The notes beneath the pieces were generated by a model that did no database searches, was not told the DNA's origin, and was given only the letters and a program-made list of their open reading frames with translations. From the NCBI GenBank assembly GCA_963834335.1, contig CAWIBK010000002.1:1661525-1725524 (forward strand): a stretch of DNA of 64,000 nucleotides. The letters are read 5' to 3'. Positions 1-9,669 of this stretch are shown here, one piece after another. Within the stretch, counting starts at the first letter, position 1; every line of letters begins with the position of its first letter. A program made the translations under genes and the position numbers. Origin of the DNA: an uncultured beta proteobacterium (GTDB taxonomy: Bacteria > Pseudomonadota > Gammaproteobacteria > Burkholderiales > Burkholderiaceae_E).

Positions 1-970
1 CCTGCCCTTCCAGCCGTGCGATCCAGTCAGCCGAGGTGCGCGTCTTCATCGTGGCGGCCAACTGCGGCACCAGCTCGTCACGACCGACGATCCGCCCTTC
101 CCCGCGGCGCCAGCGCTGCGACTGCGCCAGGTCCTGCCGCTCGAGCGCGGTGCAAAAGCGCTGCCACTGGGCGTCGTTGCCGACCGCCACGACTATCTCG
201 CCGTCCGCGGTGGAGAATGACTGGTACGGCACCAGGCTTGCATGGGCATTGCCGTAGCGACGGGGCACCCTGCCGCTGGCGAAGTAACCGGTCACCTGGT
301 TGCCGCCCAGCGCCACCATGCAGTCGAGCAGCGCCATGTCGATGTACTGGCCTTCTCCGGTCTCGGTGCGATGACTGAGCGCGGCCAGGATCGCAATCGT
401 CGCGTACATCCCGGTCATCACGTCGGCGATCGCGATGCCGACCTTCTGCGGGCCACCGCCCGGACGCGAGTCCTCCTCGCCGGTGATGCTCATCAGGCCA
501 CCGACCGCCTGGAACACGACGTCGTAGCCGGGCTTGTGGGCGGCTGGTCCGGTCTGGCCGTAACCGGTAATCGAGCAGTAGACCAGGCCGGGGTTGATCG
601 CCTTCAGCGACCGATAGTCCAGCCGATAGCGGGCGAGGTCGCCGACCTTGAAATTCTCGATGACCACGTCGCAGACGGCCGCGAGTTCCCGGACGACGGC
701 CTGGCCGTCGGCCGAGGCGATATCCACCGTGACCGACTTCTTGCCGCGATTGGCGGCCGCGAAGTAGGTCGAATCCCGCGCCGCCGAGTCCTCGCCGGCC
801 TTGATCCACGGCGGTCCCCAGGCGCGGGTGTCGTCGCCGTTGCCGGGTCGTTCGACCTTGATGACCTCGGCTCCGAGATCGGCCAGATTCTGCGTGCACC
901 ACGGCCCGGCGAGCACGCGGGACAGATCGAGCACGCGGATGTGCGACAGGGCGCTCTTCTCTTTCGTCAT
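1..970 (-). CDS. CaiB/BaiF family (class III) CoA transferase, 3' end runs off the window
   Basis: Translated by hand from ATG at 970: MTKEKSALSHIRVLDLSRVLAGPWCTQNLADLGAEVIKVERPGNGDDTRAWGPP, the class III CoA-transferase N-terminal signature; absent from the ORF track because it is truncated. Confidence 0.93.
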   Translation of the reverse strand, partial: MTKEKSALSHIRVLDLSRVLAGPWCTQNLADLGAEVIKVERPGNGDDTRAWGPPWIKAGEDSAARDSTYFAAANRGKKSVTVDIASADGQAVVRELAAVCDVVIENFKVGDLARYRLDYRSLKAINPGLVYCSITGYGQTGPAAHKPGYDVVFQAVGGLMSITGEEDSRPGGGPQKVGIAIADVMTGMYATIAILAALSHRTETGEGQYIDMALLDCMVALGGNQVTGYFASGRVPRRYGNAHASLVPYQSFSTADGEIVVAVGNDAQWQRFCTALERQDLAQSQRWRRGEGRIVGRDELVPQLAATMKTRTSADWIARLEGQ

Positions 971-1085
971 GGATCCGTCAACAGTTCCGCCCGTTCGACC
1001 AGAGCGCGCTCGGACTCGTGGAAGGACCGGGCCCGGTTCGCATAGTCGTTGGTGAAACGATACCAGACCGACCAGCGCAGCATCG

Positions 1086-2072
1086 TCAGTTGAGCTTGAT
1101 GTCGGCCACGGTGATCACCTTGTTCCAGCGCGTCAGTTCCGCATCGACGAAGGCGGTGAATTCGGGCTGGGACATCGTGCCGGGGTCGGCGCCGATCTTC
1201 TTGAACAATGCCTGGATCCGCGGCGAGCCGAGGGCCTCGAGCACGTCGGAGGACAGCTTGCGGGTCACGTCGGCCGGCAGGTTCGCCGGTCCGTACAGGC
1301 CGAACCACGCCGTCGCCTCGAAGTCCTTGACGCCCGCCTCCTGCATCGTTGGAATGTCCGGCGCGGCCTTGGCACGCGTCTTCGACGTCACCGCCAAGGC
1401 CCGCAGCCTGCCGCTCTCGATGTGGCCTATCACACCGGGCAGCGAGTCGAACATCATCGGGATGTGCCCCCCAAGCAGGTCGTTCAGCGCCGGCGCCGCG
1501 CCCTTGTACGGAATATGTGTGATCTCCAGACCGGCCGTGTACTTGAACAGTTCACCCGACAGATGATTGGCGCCGCCAGGACCGGACGATCCGAAATTCA
1601 TCTTGCCCGGCTGAGACTTGATCAACGCCACCAGTTCCTGCACCGTCGTGGCCTTCACCGAAGGATGGACCACCAGCACATTGGGCACCGCCGCGATCTG
1701 GGCAATCGACGTGAAGTCCTTGCGGGCGTCGTACTTCAGCGAGGTGTAAAGGCTGGGATTGATGACGTGATGGGTCGCCGTCAGCAACAGCGTGTAGCCG
1801 TCGGGCGCGGAGCGGACGACATGTTCGGAGCCGATCGTGCCGCTCGCGCCGGCCCGGTTCTCCACCAGCACATTCACGCCCCACTTCTCGGTCAGGGTAT
1901 GGGCAAGGTCGCGGGCCAGGATGTCCGTCGTGCCGCCCGGCGGGAACGGCACCACAATCCTGACAGCCTGCGACGGGAAATCCTGGGCCTGGCCGCCCGT
2001 GGGCAGCACAGCGGCCAGTGCGAATGTGGCCGCGACGGCAATTGATTTCAGCAAAGGCAGTGAGAGATGCAT
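1086..2072 (-). CDS. Tripartite tricarboxylate transporter substrate-binding protein (Bug/TctC family)
   Basis: Signal peptide; motifs VPFPPGGTTDILAR, VENRAGASGTIG, PDGYTLL, HIPYKG. Confidence 0.95.
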   Translation of the reverse strand: MHLSLPLLKSIAVAATFALAAVLPTGGQAQDFPSQAVRIVVPFPPGGTTDILARDLAHTLTEKWGVNVLVENRAGASGTIGSEHVVRSAPDGYTLLLTATHHVINPSLYTSLKYDARKDFTSIAQIAAVPNVLVVHPSVKATTVQELVALIKSQPGKMNFGSSGPGGANHLSGELFKYTAGLEITHIPYKGAAPALNDLLGGHIPMMFDSLPGVIGHIESGRLRALAVTSKTRAKAAPDIPTMQEAGVKDFEATAWFGLYGPANLPADVTRKLSSDVLEALGSPRIQALFKKIGADPGTMSQPEFTAFVDAELTRWNKVITVADIKLN

Positions 2073-2105
2073 CCTTGTGTCTCCTCGGTGGCGCCTTGCA
2101 GGCGC

Positions 2106-2546
2106 TCAGTTGGTGATCGGGAACTCGACCATCGCTTCCCCCGCTGCGACGATCTCGTCGCGCTGGTTCACCACCTTGATGTCGAGGGTGACCCAGCGAC
2201 TGCTGGCGGAAACCTTGGTGGCGGTGACCACGGCGCTCGGCGTGATCTTGTCCCCCGGCTTGACCGGTGACTTCCAGCGTGTTTCGAGCCGGCGATGGAC
2301 GCCGCCATGCGGATAAAGCCAGTCGGTGATCATCTTGCTGATGACGCCGAAGTTGTTCATGCCGTGCATGATGATCCCGCCGAAGTGCGTCTTGCCGAAG
2401 CTGCCCTTCATGTAGTCGTCGTCGAGATGCAGCGGATTGAAGTCCAGCGACGCCTCGCAGAATTCCCGGATCGTCTCGCGGGTCGGATGAAAGGGCGTAC
2501 CGTCGACGACCTGACCGACACGGATGGTATTGAAGTACTCGCTCAT
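2106..2546 (-). CDS. MaoC-family (hot-dog fold) dehydratase
   Basis: Hydratase-2 motif DFNPLHLDDDY...GIIMHG; PVKPGD. Confidence 0.9.
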   Translation of the reverse strand: MSEYFNTIRVGQVVDGTPFHPTRETIREFCEASLDFNPLHLDDDYMKGSFGKTHFGGIIMHGMNNFGVISKMITDWLYPHGGVHRRLETRWKSPVKPGDKITPSAVVTATKVSASSRWVTLDIKVVNQRDEIVAAGEAMVEFPITN

Positions 2547-2553
2547 GGCTGCC

Positions 2554-3036
2554 TCACATCGGCCGGATCGTCCAGCCGCGGCCGGAGCAGATCACTTCGT
2601 TCTGCTGGTTGAAAAAGACGTTGTCGTGCACGACGAACAGGCGGTCCTTCCTGATGAATTTGTCGAGCGCGCGCGCCTCGAGCCGGATCCGGTCGCCGGG
2701 CCGCGCGGGCAGGTTGTAGCTCCAGGACTGGCCCGCATTGACCGTGCCGGGACTGCGCATCCAGTCGTCGGTCGGCGTGCAGGAGAACATCAGCAGGATG
2801 TGGATGGCCGGCGGCGCGATCAGGCCCTTGTACGGCGACCTGGCGGCGTAGTCCTCGTCGAAGTAGAGCGGATGCAGGTCGCCGATCACCCGGCAATACT
2901 TCTGGATCGCCTCGAGCGTCAGCGTGTAGGGCACCGTCCTGCGCGGTTCGCCCGGCACGATGTCGTCCCAGGCTTTGCGCAGCTTGGCGTCTTTCCAGAA
3001 GTCCGTCTCGAACGACTGATTCGGTGTGGGGTCCAT
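2554..3036 (-). CDS. MaoC/FAS1-like dehydratase, probable partner subunit
   Basis: GDLHPLYFDEDYAARSPYKGLIAPP, typical of the MaoC N-terminal-type partner; start moved to ATG 3036. Confidence 0.85.
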   Translation of the reverse strand: MDPTPNQSFETDFWKDAKLRKAWDDIVPGEPRRTVPYTLTLEAIQKYCRVIGDLHPLYFDEDYAARSPYKGLIAPPAIHILLMFSCTPTDDWMRSPGTVNAGQSWSYNLPARPGDRIRLEARALDKFIRKDRLFVVHDNVFFNQQNEVICSGRGWTIRPM

Positions 3037-3136
3037 TGAAAAGGTCTCGACTCGATTTGGTTGGCACTCGGCGGGATTGGCTGAGACATAGCGGCCAGGC
3101 ACTACTAGCGACTTGGCACCAAGCAACCGCCTACAA

Positions 3137-3185
3137 TGTCCGCTAAGCGGATGCACTTGTCCGCTTCATGAACATTCTGTCCGTT
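3137..3185. promoter_or_regulatory. Putative IclR (PcaR/PobR-type) operator in a divergent promoter
   Basis: TGTCCG occurs at 3137, 3158 and 3178; the first copy is part of the palindrome TCCGCT-A-AGCGGA, resembling GTNCG-N5-CGNAC. Confidence 0.55.
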
Positions 3186-3213
3186 TTTCTGCCGATGTCA
3201 ACCCGGAGGCGTC

Positions 3214-3978
3214 ATGGCGACCCCAGAAAGCGAAGCCTTTGTCCACACCTTTGCCCGCGGCCTCAAAGTGATCGAAGTGATGGGGCAGGCGAGCGGCGGC
3301 CAGACTCTGACCGAAGTCGCCGAGGCCGCCCGATTGCCGCGCACCGCCGTCCGGCGTTTCCTCATGACCCTGGCCGGACTGGGCTTCGTGCGCAGCGACG
3401 GCAAACGCTATTGGCTCACGCCTAAAGTGCTGCGGCTGGGGATGTCCTACCTCTACACGCTCCCGTACTGGCGCCATGCGCAACTGACGCTCGAAGGGCT
3501 TTGCGCCTCGGTCGGCCAGTCGTGCGCGATCTCGGTGCTGGACGGCGACGATATCGTTTACATCGCCCGCCTGCACGCCAGCCGCATCCTGGCGATGAGC
3601 CCGGTACCCGGCAGTCGTCTCCCGGCCCATGCGGTCTCGATGGGCCGGATTCTCCTGGCCGGGCTACACCCCGACGAATTGGGTTCGTATCTGGCGGGGG
3701 TCACGATCAGGCGGCTCACCAGCAGCACGATCACCGACCCGGATGAACTGGCGGCGCGGATCCGCCAGGCCGACGTCCAGGGCTATGCCTGGGTCGACCG
3801 GGAACTGGACGACTCGATCTGCGGCATCGCGACACCGATCCGCGACGCTGCCGGCGTCACCGTGGCCGCGATCAACGTCAGCCTGCCATCCGGTCTCTTC
3901 ACCGAGGCCACCGCGTGCGAGCAGTTCCTGCTGCCGCTGCGCCAGGCGGCTTCACAGATCCGCAGCGCGATGGGGTGA
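3214..3978 (+). CDS. IclR-family transcriptional regulator (PcaR/PobR-like)
   Basis: FVHTFARGLKVIE HTH start, RRFLMTL, GSRLPAHAVSMGR, AAINVS. Confidence 0.93.
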   Translation: MATPESEAFVHTFARGLKVIEVMGQASGGQTLTEVAEAARLPRTAVRRFLMTLAGLGFVRSDGKRYWLTPKVLRLGMSYLYTLPYWRHAQLTLEGLCASVGQSCAISVLDGDDIVYIARLHASRILAMSPVPGSRLPAHAVSMGRILLAGLHPDELGSYLAGVTIRRLTSSTITDPDELAARIRQADVQGYAWVDRELDDSICGIATPIRDAAGVTVAAINVSLPSGLFTEATACEQFLLPLRQAASQIRSAMG

Positions 3979-4099
3979 ATCAGTCCCGACATGCCGGTGG
4001 CGGCAAAAATGAACGGCGACTCAGGGTTCACTCTACGTTGACTTTCGAATCGAAATCCGCTTTCATTGCCTGACAAAGTAACTGACGATTCGAGAAGTC

Positions 4100-5398
4100 A
4101 TGCAAGAAACCCAACAGGAGACACAGACGATGTCCGATACGATTGCCCGGGCTCACCGCCCCACCCGCCGTCGCGTTCTTCAGGGTGGCGGCGCCGCTGC
4201 TGTTTCCATGGTACTGGCGCCCTCCGTGCTGCGTGCGCAAGACAAGAAGGTGCGGATCGGCATGCCGACGATCCTTTCCGGTCGGGTTGCGCAACTCGGC
4301 ACGTCGTCGCGCAATGCGGTCGAAATGGAAGTCGCCAAGGTCAACGCCGCCGGCGGCCTGGCCGGGCGACAGATCGAAATGGTCGTCCGCGACAGCAAAG
4401 CCCAGCCGCAGGAAGCCGCCCGGGTCGTGCGGGAACTTGTCAACAGCGACGGCTGCGAGATCATCATCGACGCCGAAGCCTCCACCGGTTCCTTCGCCGT
4501 GCAGGAAGTGGCCAAGGACCTGGGCTTCCTGGTGCTGCACACCAATTCCGAGACCTCTTCGCTGACGGCCGATCCGAAGATCCGCATTCCGAATGCGGTC
4601 CGCATCTGCCGCCAGGGCGTTCACGACGCGATCGTTGGCGGGGAGTACGCAGCGGGGGTCGCCAAGGCCAAGAACCTGAAGAAGTGGATGACCTGCTCGC
4701 CGGACTATGCCTACGGACGAGACACCACCGCGCAGTTCATCGAGTACCTGAAGCACTTCTCCCCGGACATCGAAATCCTCGGGGAAGCCTGGCCCAAGAT
4801 ATTTCAGCCTGACTACACCGAAGTCATCACCCGCATCCTCCAGAGCAAACCGCAGGCGCTCTATTCGTGCCTCTGGGGTGGCGACCTCACGTCGTTCATC
4901 GACCAGGCGAGCATCTATGCGCTGTTTGCCAACACGGGTTTCTTCGCGGTGAACATGGCCGACTATACGGCGCTCACGAGCGTCAAGAACCTGCCGCCCG
5001 GCATCCATTCCGGCAATCGTTACGTCAAGACTTTCCCCCGCACGGAGGCCAATGCCGAGTGGGGCGACGCTTATCGCAAGAAGTACGGCGAATACCCGAC
5101 CAACTGGTCCTGGCAGAACGCGACTGCGATCACGGCGCTTGCCGCTGCGGCAAAGAAGTCGGGTTCGAGCGACGGCAAGAAGCTCAGTGACGTCCTTCAC
5201 GGCCTGAAACTGGACAGCCCCTTCGGTGCGGACGGTACGGTCACCATCCGCGAAAGCGACGGCACGCTGATCAACTATGCCGTTGGCTGGGGCACCACGA
5301 TTCCGAAGGAGCCCTATGTTCCGGAGGTCACGGCGGGGAGCTGGAAGACCATTCTGGAACTCGAAGAAGAGTGGAAGAAGCGTAACAAGTATCTCTAG
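4100..5398 (+). CDS. Liv-type ABC transporter substrate-binding protein with Tat signal
   Basis: TRRRVLQGGG...APSVLRA Tat leader; NAAGGLAGRQIE, PDYAYG; start may be ATG 4130. Confidence 0.9.
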   Translation: MQETQQETQTMSDTIARAHRPTRRRVLQGGGAAAVSMVLAPSVLRAQDKKVRIGMPTILSGRVAQLGTSSRNAVEMEVAKVNAAGGLAGRQIEMVVRDSKAQPQEAARVVRELVNSDGCEIIIDAEASTGSFAVQEVAKDLGFLVLHTNSETSSLTADPKIRIPNAVRICRQGVHDAIVGGEYAAGVAKAKNLKKWMTCSPDYAYGRDTTAQFIEYLKHFSPDIEILGEAWPKIFQPDYTEVITRILQSKPQALYSCLWGGDLTSFIDQASIYALFANTGFFAVNMADYTALTSVKNLPPGIHSGNRYVKTFPRTEANAEWGDAYRKKYGEYPTNWSWQNATAITALAAAAKKSGSSDGKKLSDVLHGLKLDSPFGADGTVTIRESDGTLINYAVGWGTTIPKEPYVPEVTAGSWKTILELEEEWKKRNKYL

Positions 5399-5458
5399 AC
5401 CGACCGGGGCCGGGGCGGCCCTGGCGCCACCTCCGGCCGCATCTATGCACACTTCGAC

Positions 5459-6358
5459 ATGAATCCGGGCGAACTGCTTTCCTGCCTGGGATCCAGCTCG
5501 TGCGTCGTCACGCAGCTGGCCAGCGGCCTGATCATCGGGCTGCTCCTGTTCCTGGTCGCCGCCGGGCTCACGCTGATCTTCGGCGTGCTCGGCGTCATCA
5601 ACTTCACTCACGGCGCCTTTTACATGATGGGCGCCTACTTTTCGTATACCACCTACGGACTGACCAACAGCTACCTGCTGGCCGTGCTCGCCGGCGGCAT
5701 CGGCGTGGCAATACTCGGCCTGATTTTCGAGCGCTTCTTCATCCGACGTGTCTATGGCTCCAACGTCCTGATGCAGTTGCTCGTCTGCTATGCCTTCATC
5801 CTGATCTTCGACGACCTGGTCAAGATCATCTGGGGCCCGGAATACAAGTCGATGGGGATGCCCGACATGTTCCGGGTACCTCCGCTGTTCCTGGGCGGCG
5901 GCGTAGTGCCCGTGTTCTACCTCTTCCTCATTCTCGTTGCCCTGGCGATCGGGGCGGCGCTGTGGTTCGTCATTGCCCGCACCCGGGCCGGCAAGGTCGT
6001 CCGGGCGGCGGCCGCAAACCCGACGATGCTCTCCGCGCTCGGCACGAATACCGGAATCGTCTATGCCGGCGTCTTTGCGCTGGGGGCCGGCCTCGCCGGG
6101 CTCGCCGGCGCGCTGGCCGCGCCGGTCCGCTCGGTGTCCTCCGGGATGGGTTTCTCCATCCTGATCGAAAGCTTCATCGTGACGGTGATCGGCGGCATGG
6201 GTTCAATCGTCGGAGCGCTGGTCGGCGCCCTGCTGATCGGGCTGGTCCGCACATTCGGATCGATCGGCTTTCCGCTGTTCACCGACGGTCTGATGTTCCT
6301 CTTCATGACGATCATACTGATCGTCAAGCCCAGCGGGCTGTTCGGGAAGGATGCCTGA
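5459..6358 (+). CDS. Liv-type ABC permease (LivH-like)
   Basis: GLTLIFGVLGVINFTHGAFYMMGAY; VIGGMGSIVGA; KPSGLFG. Confidence 0.93.
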   Translation: MNPGELLSCLGSSSCVVTQLASGLIIGLLLFLVAAGLTLIFGVLGVINFTHGAFYMMGAYFSYTTYGLTNSYLLAVLAGGIGVAILGLIFERFFIRRVYGSNVLMQLLVCYAFILIFDDLVKIIWGPEYKSMGMPDMFRVPPLFLGGGVVPVFYLFLILVALAIGAALWFVIARTRAGKVVRAAAANPTMLSALGTNTGIVYAGVFALGAGLAGLAGALAAPVRSVSSGMGFSILIESFIVTVIGGMGSIVGALVGALLIGLVRTFGSIGFPLFTDGLMFLFMTIILIVKPSGLFGKDA

Positions 6359-7321
6359 ATGACAGTCCGCGCAGGTGGTTTGCGGCGTGACGCGCTGATC
6401 GCCGTCGTGGCCCTGGTCGTGCTGCTGGTGCTGCCGTACCTCTGGAAGAGCAGCGCCATGGCCGACTTCGTGATCCGGCTGTCCGCGTATGCACTGCTGG
6501 CGACGTCGCTGAACCTGCTGGTCGGGTACGCTGGGATGACTTCGTTCGGACACGGCATGTTCTTCGGGCTCGGCGCATACGCGCTGGGCCTGTCGATGCA
6601 GCGGCTCAGCATCCCGCTGCCACTGGCCATGCTGCTTTCGCTGGTGTTTGTCGGACTGGTTGCGCTGGTGATCGGCGCGATCAGCGTGCGCCTGAAAGAG
6701 ATCTATTTCGCCTTCATCACGCTGGCATTCCAGATGCTCATCTACTCGGTGATCATCGCGTGGGTCCCGCTGACCGGCGGCGATCAGGGCCTGCAGGGCG
6801 GAATCCCGCGACCGCCTTTCCTCGGCATCCGGCTCGACGAGACGTCGCACCTGTACGTTTTCAGCGTGGTGATGCTGGTGACAGCCCTGTTGCTGATGCG
6901 GGTCATCGCGCAGAGTCCGTTCGGCTACAGCCTGCGCCTGATTCGCGACAACGTCGATCGGGCGAGCTTCGTCGGCGTGGACGTCTTTCGAATCCGGCTG
7001 ACGGCGTTCGTCCTGGCGGCGATGTTCGGTTCCCTCGGGGGCATGATCCTGGCACTGTTCGTGTCCGGTGCGTATCCGGAATTTGCCAACTGGACGCAAT
7101 CAGGCGAGGCGATCTTCATGGTGATGCTCGGGGGGACGACCACCTTCCTCGGCCCGACGCTCGGTGCCGCGATCCTGCTCTCGCTCAACGACGTCGTCAC
7201 GCGATTCACCGAACACCACGGACTGGCGATGGGCATCCTGATTCTGGTGGTCGTGTTGGGGCTGCGCAAGGGCGTGACCGACGTCCTGGCGCAGTGGTGG
7301 CAGGAACGCAAGGCATCATGA
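6359..7321 (+). CDS. Liv-type ABC permease (LivM-like)
   Basis: SLNLLVGYAGMTSFGHGMFFGLGAY; YFAFITLAF; TGGDQG. Confidence 0.93.
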   Translation: MTVRAGGLRRDALIAVVALVVLLVLPYLWKSSAMADFVIRLSAYALLATSLNLLVGYAGMTSFGHGMFFGLGAYALGLSMQRLSIPLPLAMLLSLVFVGLVALVIGAISVRLKEIYFAFITLAFQMLIYSVIIAWVPLTGGDQGLQGGIPRPPFLGIRLDETSHLYVFSVVMLVTALLLMRVIAQSPFGYSLRLIRDNVDRASFVGVDVFRIRLTAFVLAAMFGSLGGMILALFVSGAYPEFANWTQSGEAIFMVMLGGTTTFLGPTLGAAILLSLNDVVTRFTEHHGLAMGILILVVVLGLRKGVTDVLAQWWQERKAS

Positions 7322-7346
7322 CCATGCCACGACCGAGGCAGTTCGG

Positions 7347-8132
7347 ATGACGCAACAGATCGAAGGCCTGGCAGTTGTCACCGGCGGCGCAAGCGGCATC
7401 GGCGCAGCCTGTGCCCGGCGGCTGGCCGAACGCGGCGCGCGGGTGGCAATCGTCGACACGAACCAGCCGGCCGGCGAAACGCTCGCGCGGGAACTTGGGG
7501 GGCAGGCGTTTTCCGGCGATGTCGCAGATCAGCACGCCATGTTCCGCCTCGCGGACGAGATCGAAGCAAGGATGGGCGCGGTCGACATCCTGGTCAATTC
7601 GGCCGGTGTGATCCAGGTTCCGCTTCGACCGGCCGCCCTCACGATGGCGGTGTGGGATGAGGTGGTACGGGTCGATCAGCGAGGCACCTATGTGGCCAGC
7701 CTCGCGTTCTCGCGCGCCATGCTCGCGCGGCGTCACGGTTCGATCGTCAACATCGCGTCGATCGTCGGGCTTCGGTCCGTCCCCTTGCATGCCTACGCAC
7801 CGGCCAAGGCTGCCGTGATCTCGATGACTGAATGCCTGGCCGCCGAATGGGGGCCGGCGGGCATTCGTGTCAACGCGGTTGCCCCGGGCTATACCCGAAC
7901 GCCTGCGCTGCAGGCTGCGATCGACGCGGGCGAACGCGATGTGTCGCAGTTGACGGCCAACGCGGCGCTCGGTCGCATGGTCGAACCCGGCGAGGTCGCC
8001 GACGCGGTGGCGTTTCTCGCCAGTCGGCAGTCCGCTGCGATCACAGGCGTGACGCTGCCGGTCGACGCCGGCTGGCTGGTTGCCGCGTCCTGGCAGACCT
8101 ACGGCGGCCTGCGCTCGCCTGAAGCCGGCTGA
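7347..8132 (+). CDS. Short-chain dehydrogenase/reductase (SDR)
   Basis: TGGASGIG, NSAG, YAPAK catalytic YxxxK, IRVNAVAPG. Confidence 0.95.
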   Translation: MTQQIEGLAVVTGGASGIGAACARRLAERGARVAIVDTNQPAGETLARELGGQAFSGDVADQHAMFRLADEIEARMGAVDILVNSAGVIQVPLRPAALTMAVWDEVVRVDQRGTYVASLAFSRAMLARRHGSIVNIASIVGLRSVPLHAYAPAKAAVISMTECLAAEWGPAGIRVNAVAPGYTRTPALQAAIDAGERDVSQLTANAALGRMVEPGEVADAVAFLASRQSAAITGVTLPVDAGWLVAASWQTYGGLRSPEAG

Positions 8133-8149
8133 GGACGGGAGCCGCGGCC

Positions 8150-8962
8150 ATGCTCGACATACGCAATCTGAGCAAGTCGTTCGGCGGCGTCGCCGCGATC
8201 AGCGACATCTCGCTGGCATTTCCGGACGGCTCGCTGACAGCGATCATCGGACCCAACGGGGCCGGCAAGAGCACTTTCTTCAATCTGCTGAGCGGTGCGC
8301 TGCAGCCCGACAGCGGCCACGTCACGCTGGATGGCGCCGAGCTGGTCGGCGCCTCCCGCCGGCGCATCATCAAGGCCGGCATCGGCCGTGCCTTCCAGAT
8401 CGTGAAGATCTTCCCGTCACTCACGGTGGAAGAAACACTGCAGGCGACGGTCAACGCGCACCTGGGACGTTCGGCCAGCCTCCTCTCGCGCTTTCCGCTC
8501 GCCGAGATGAACGACCGGGTTCTTGGAATCGCCGAGATGCTCGGGCTCACCGGCAAGCTGTCGGTGTTGTCCGCCAACCTGTCGCACGGGGACCAGAAGC
8601 TGCTGGATGTCGCGCTCGCGCTGGCGCTGGAGCCGCGCGTGCTGCTGCTGGACGAGCCCACGGCCGGGATGGGCGTCGAGGATCGCTGGATGATGATGGA
8701 TCGCATCCATCAGCTCTGGGAGCGCGAGAAGCTGACGCTGATCTTCATCGAGCACGACATGGACATCGTCTTCGGGATCGCGCCGCGCATCTGCGTACTC
8801 AGCTACGGGGGACTGATCGCCGAAGGCTCGCCGGACGAGATCCGCGCCAATCAGGCGGTGATCGATGCGTATCTCGGCACCGGCGACTACAGTGGCGACG
8901 CCTTGCCGGATGACGCACTGCCGGCCGACACGATGCCGGCCGGACGAGGAGGTTCGCGGTGA
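8150..8962 (+). CDS. Liv-type ABC ATPase (LivG-like)
   Basis: GPNGAGKST Walker A, LSHGDQK, LLLDEP, IEHDMD. Confidence 0.95.
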   Translation: MLDIRNLSKSFGGVAAISDISLAFPDGSLTAIIGPNGAGKSTFFNLLSGALQPDSGHVTLDGAELVGASRRRIIKAGIGRAFQIVKIFPSLTVEETLQATVNAHLGRSASLLSRFPLAEMNDRVLGIAEMLGLTGKLSVLSANLSHGDQKLLDVALALALEPRVLLLDEPTAGMGVEDRWMMMDRIHQLWEREKLTLIFIEHDMDIVFGIAPRICVLSYGGLIAEGSPDEIRANQAVIDAYLGTGDYSGDALPDDALPADTMPAGRGGSR

Positions 8963-9669
8963 GCGTCCCGATTTCCGTCACCGGGCTCGACGTCTTTTAC
9001 GGCAAAAGCCAGATCCTGTTCGGGATCGATATCGAAGTGCAGCGCTCGCAGACGGTCGCGCTGCTCGGACGCAACGGCGCCGGCAAGTCGACCACCTTGA
9101 AAGCGGTCATCGGGATCGCGCCGCCGCGCGCCGGACAGGTGCGCATTCTCGGTCGCGACATGACGGGACACCCGCCGCACCAGATCGCGCGCGCCGGCGT
9201 CGGCTACGTACCGGAGGACCGCCAGGTGTTCCCGGAGCATACGGTCGAGGACAACCTGACGATCGCCGCCAAGAAGGGCCCCGACGGCACCGACGAATGG
9301 AACATCGCGCGCATCTACGACGTCTTTCCGCTGCTCGAGAAGCTGCGCGGTCGCGCCGCCGGCCGCCTCTCCGGCGGTGAGCAGCAGATGCTGGCCATCG
9401 CCCGGACTCTGATGGGCAATCCAGTCGCGCTGCTGCTCGACGAACCCAGCGAGGGGCTGGCCCCGATCATCGTGCAGCGCATCGCGCGCCTGCTCGGGCA
9501 CCTGCGGGAAAGCCGGACCACGATCCTGATCGCCGAGCAGAATATGCATTTCTGCCTTGGCATCGCCAGCGATGCGGTTGTCATCGACAAGGGACGTATC
9601 GTCTATCGGGACACCATCGACAACCTCAAGGCGAATGAAGAGGTTCGTCGCAAGTACCTGGCCATGTGA
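8959..9669 (+). CDS. Liv-type ABC ATPase (LivF-like)
   Basis: GRNGAGKST, LSGGEQQ, LLLDEPSEGLAP. Confidence 0.95.
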   Translation: MSVPISVTGLDVFYGKSQILFGIDIEVQRSQTVALLGRNGAGKSTTLKAVIGIAPPRAGQVRILGRDMTGHPPHQIARAGVGYVPEDRQVFPEHTVEDNLTIAAKKGPDGTDEWNIARIYDVFPLLEKLRGRAAGRLSGGEQQMLAIARTLMGNPVALLLDEPSEGLAPIIVQRIARLLGHLRESRTTILIAEQNMHFCLGIASDAVVIDKGRIVYRDTIDNLKANEEVRRKYLAM

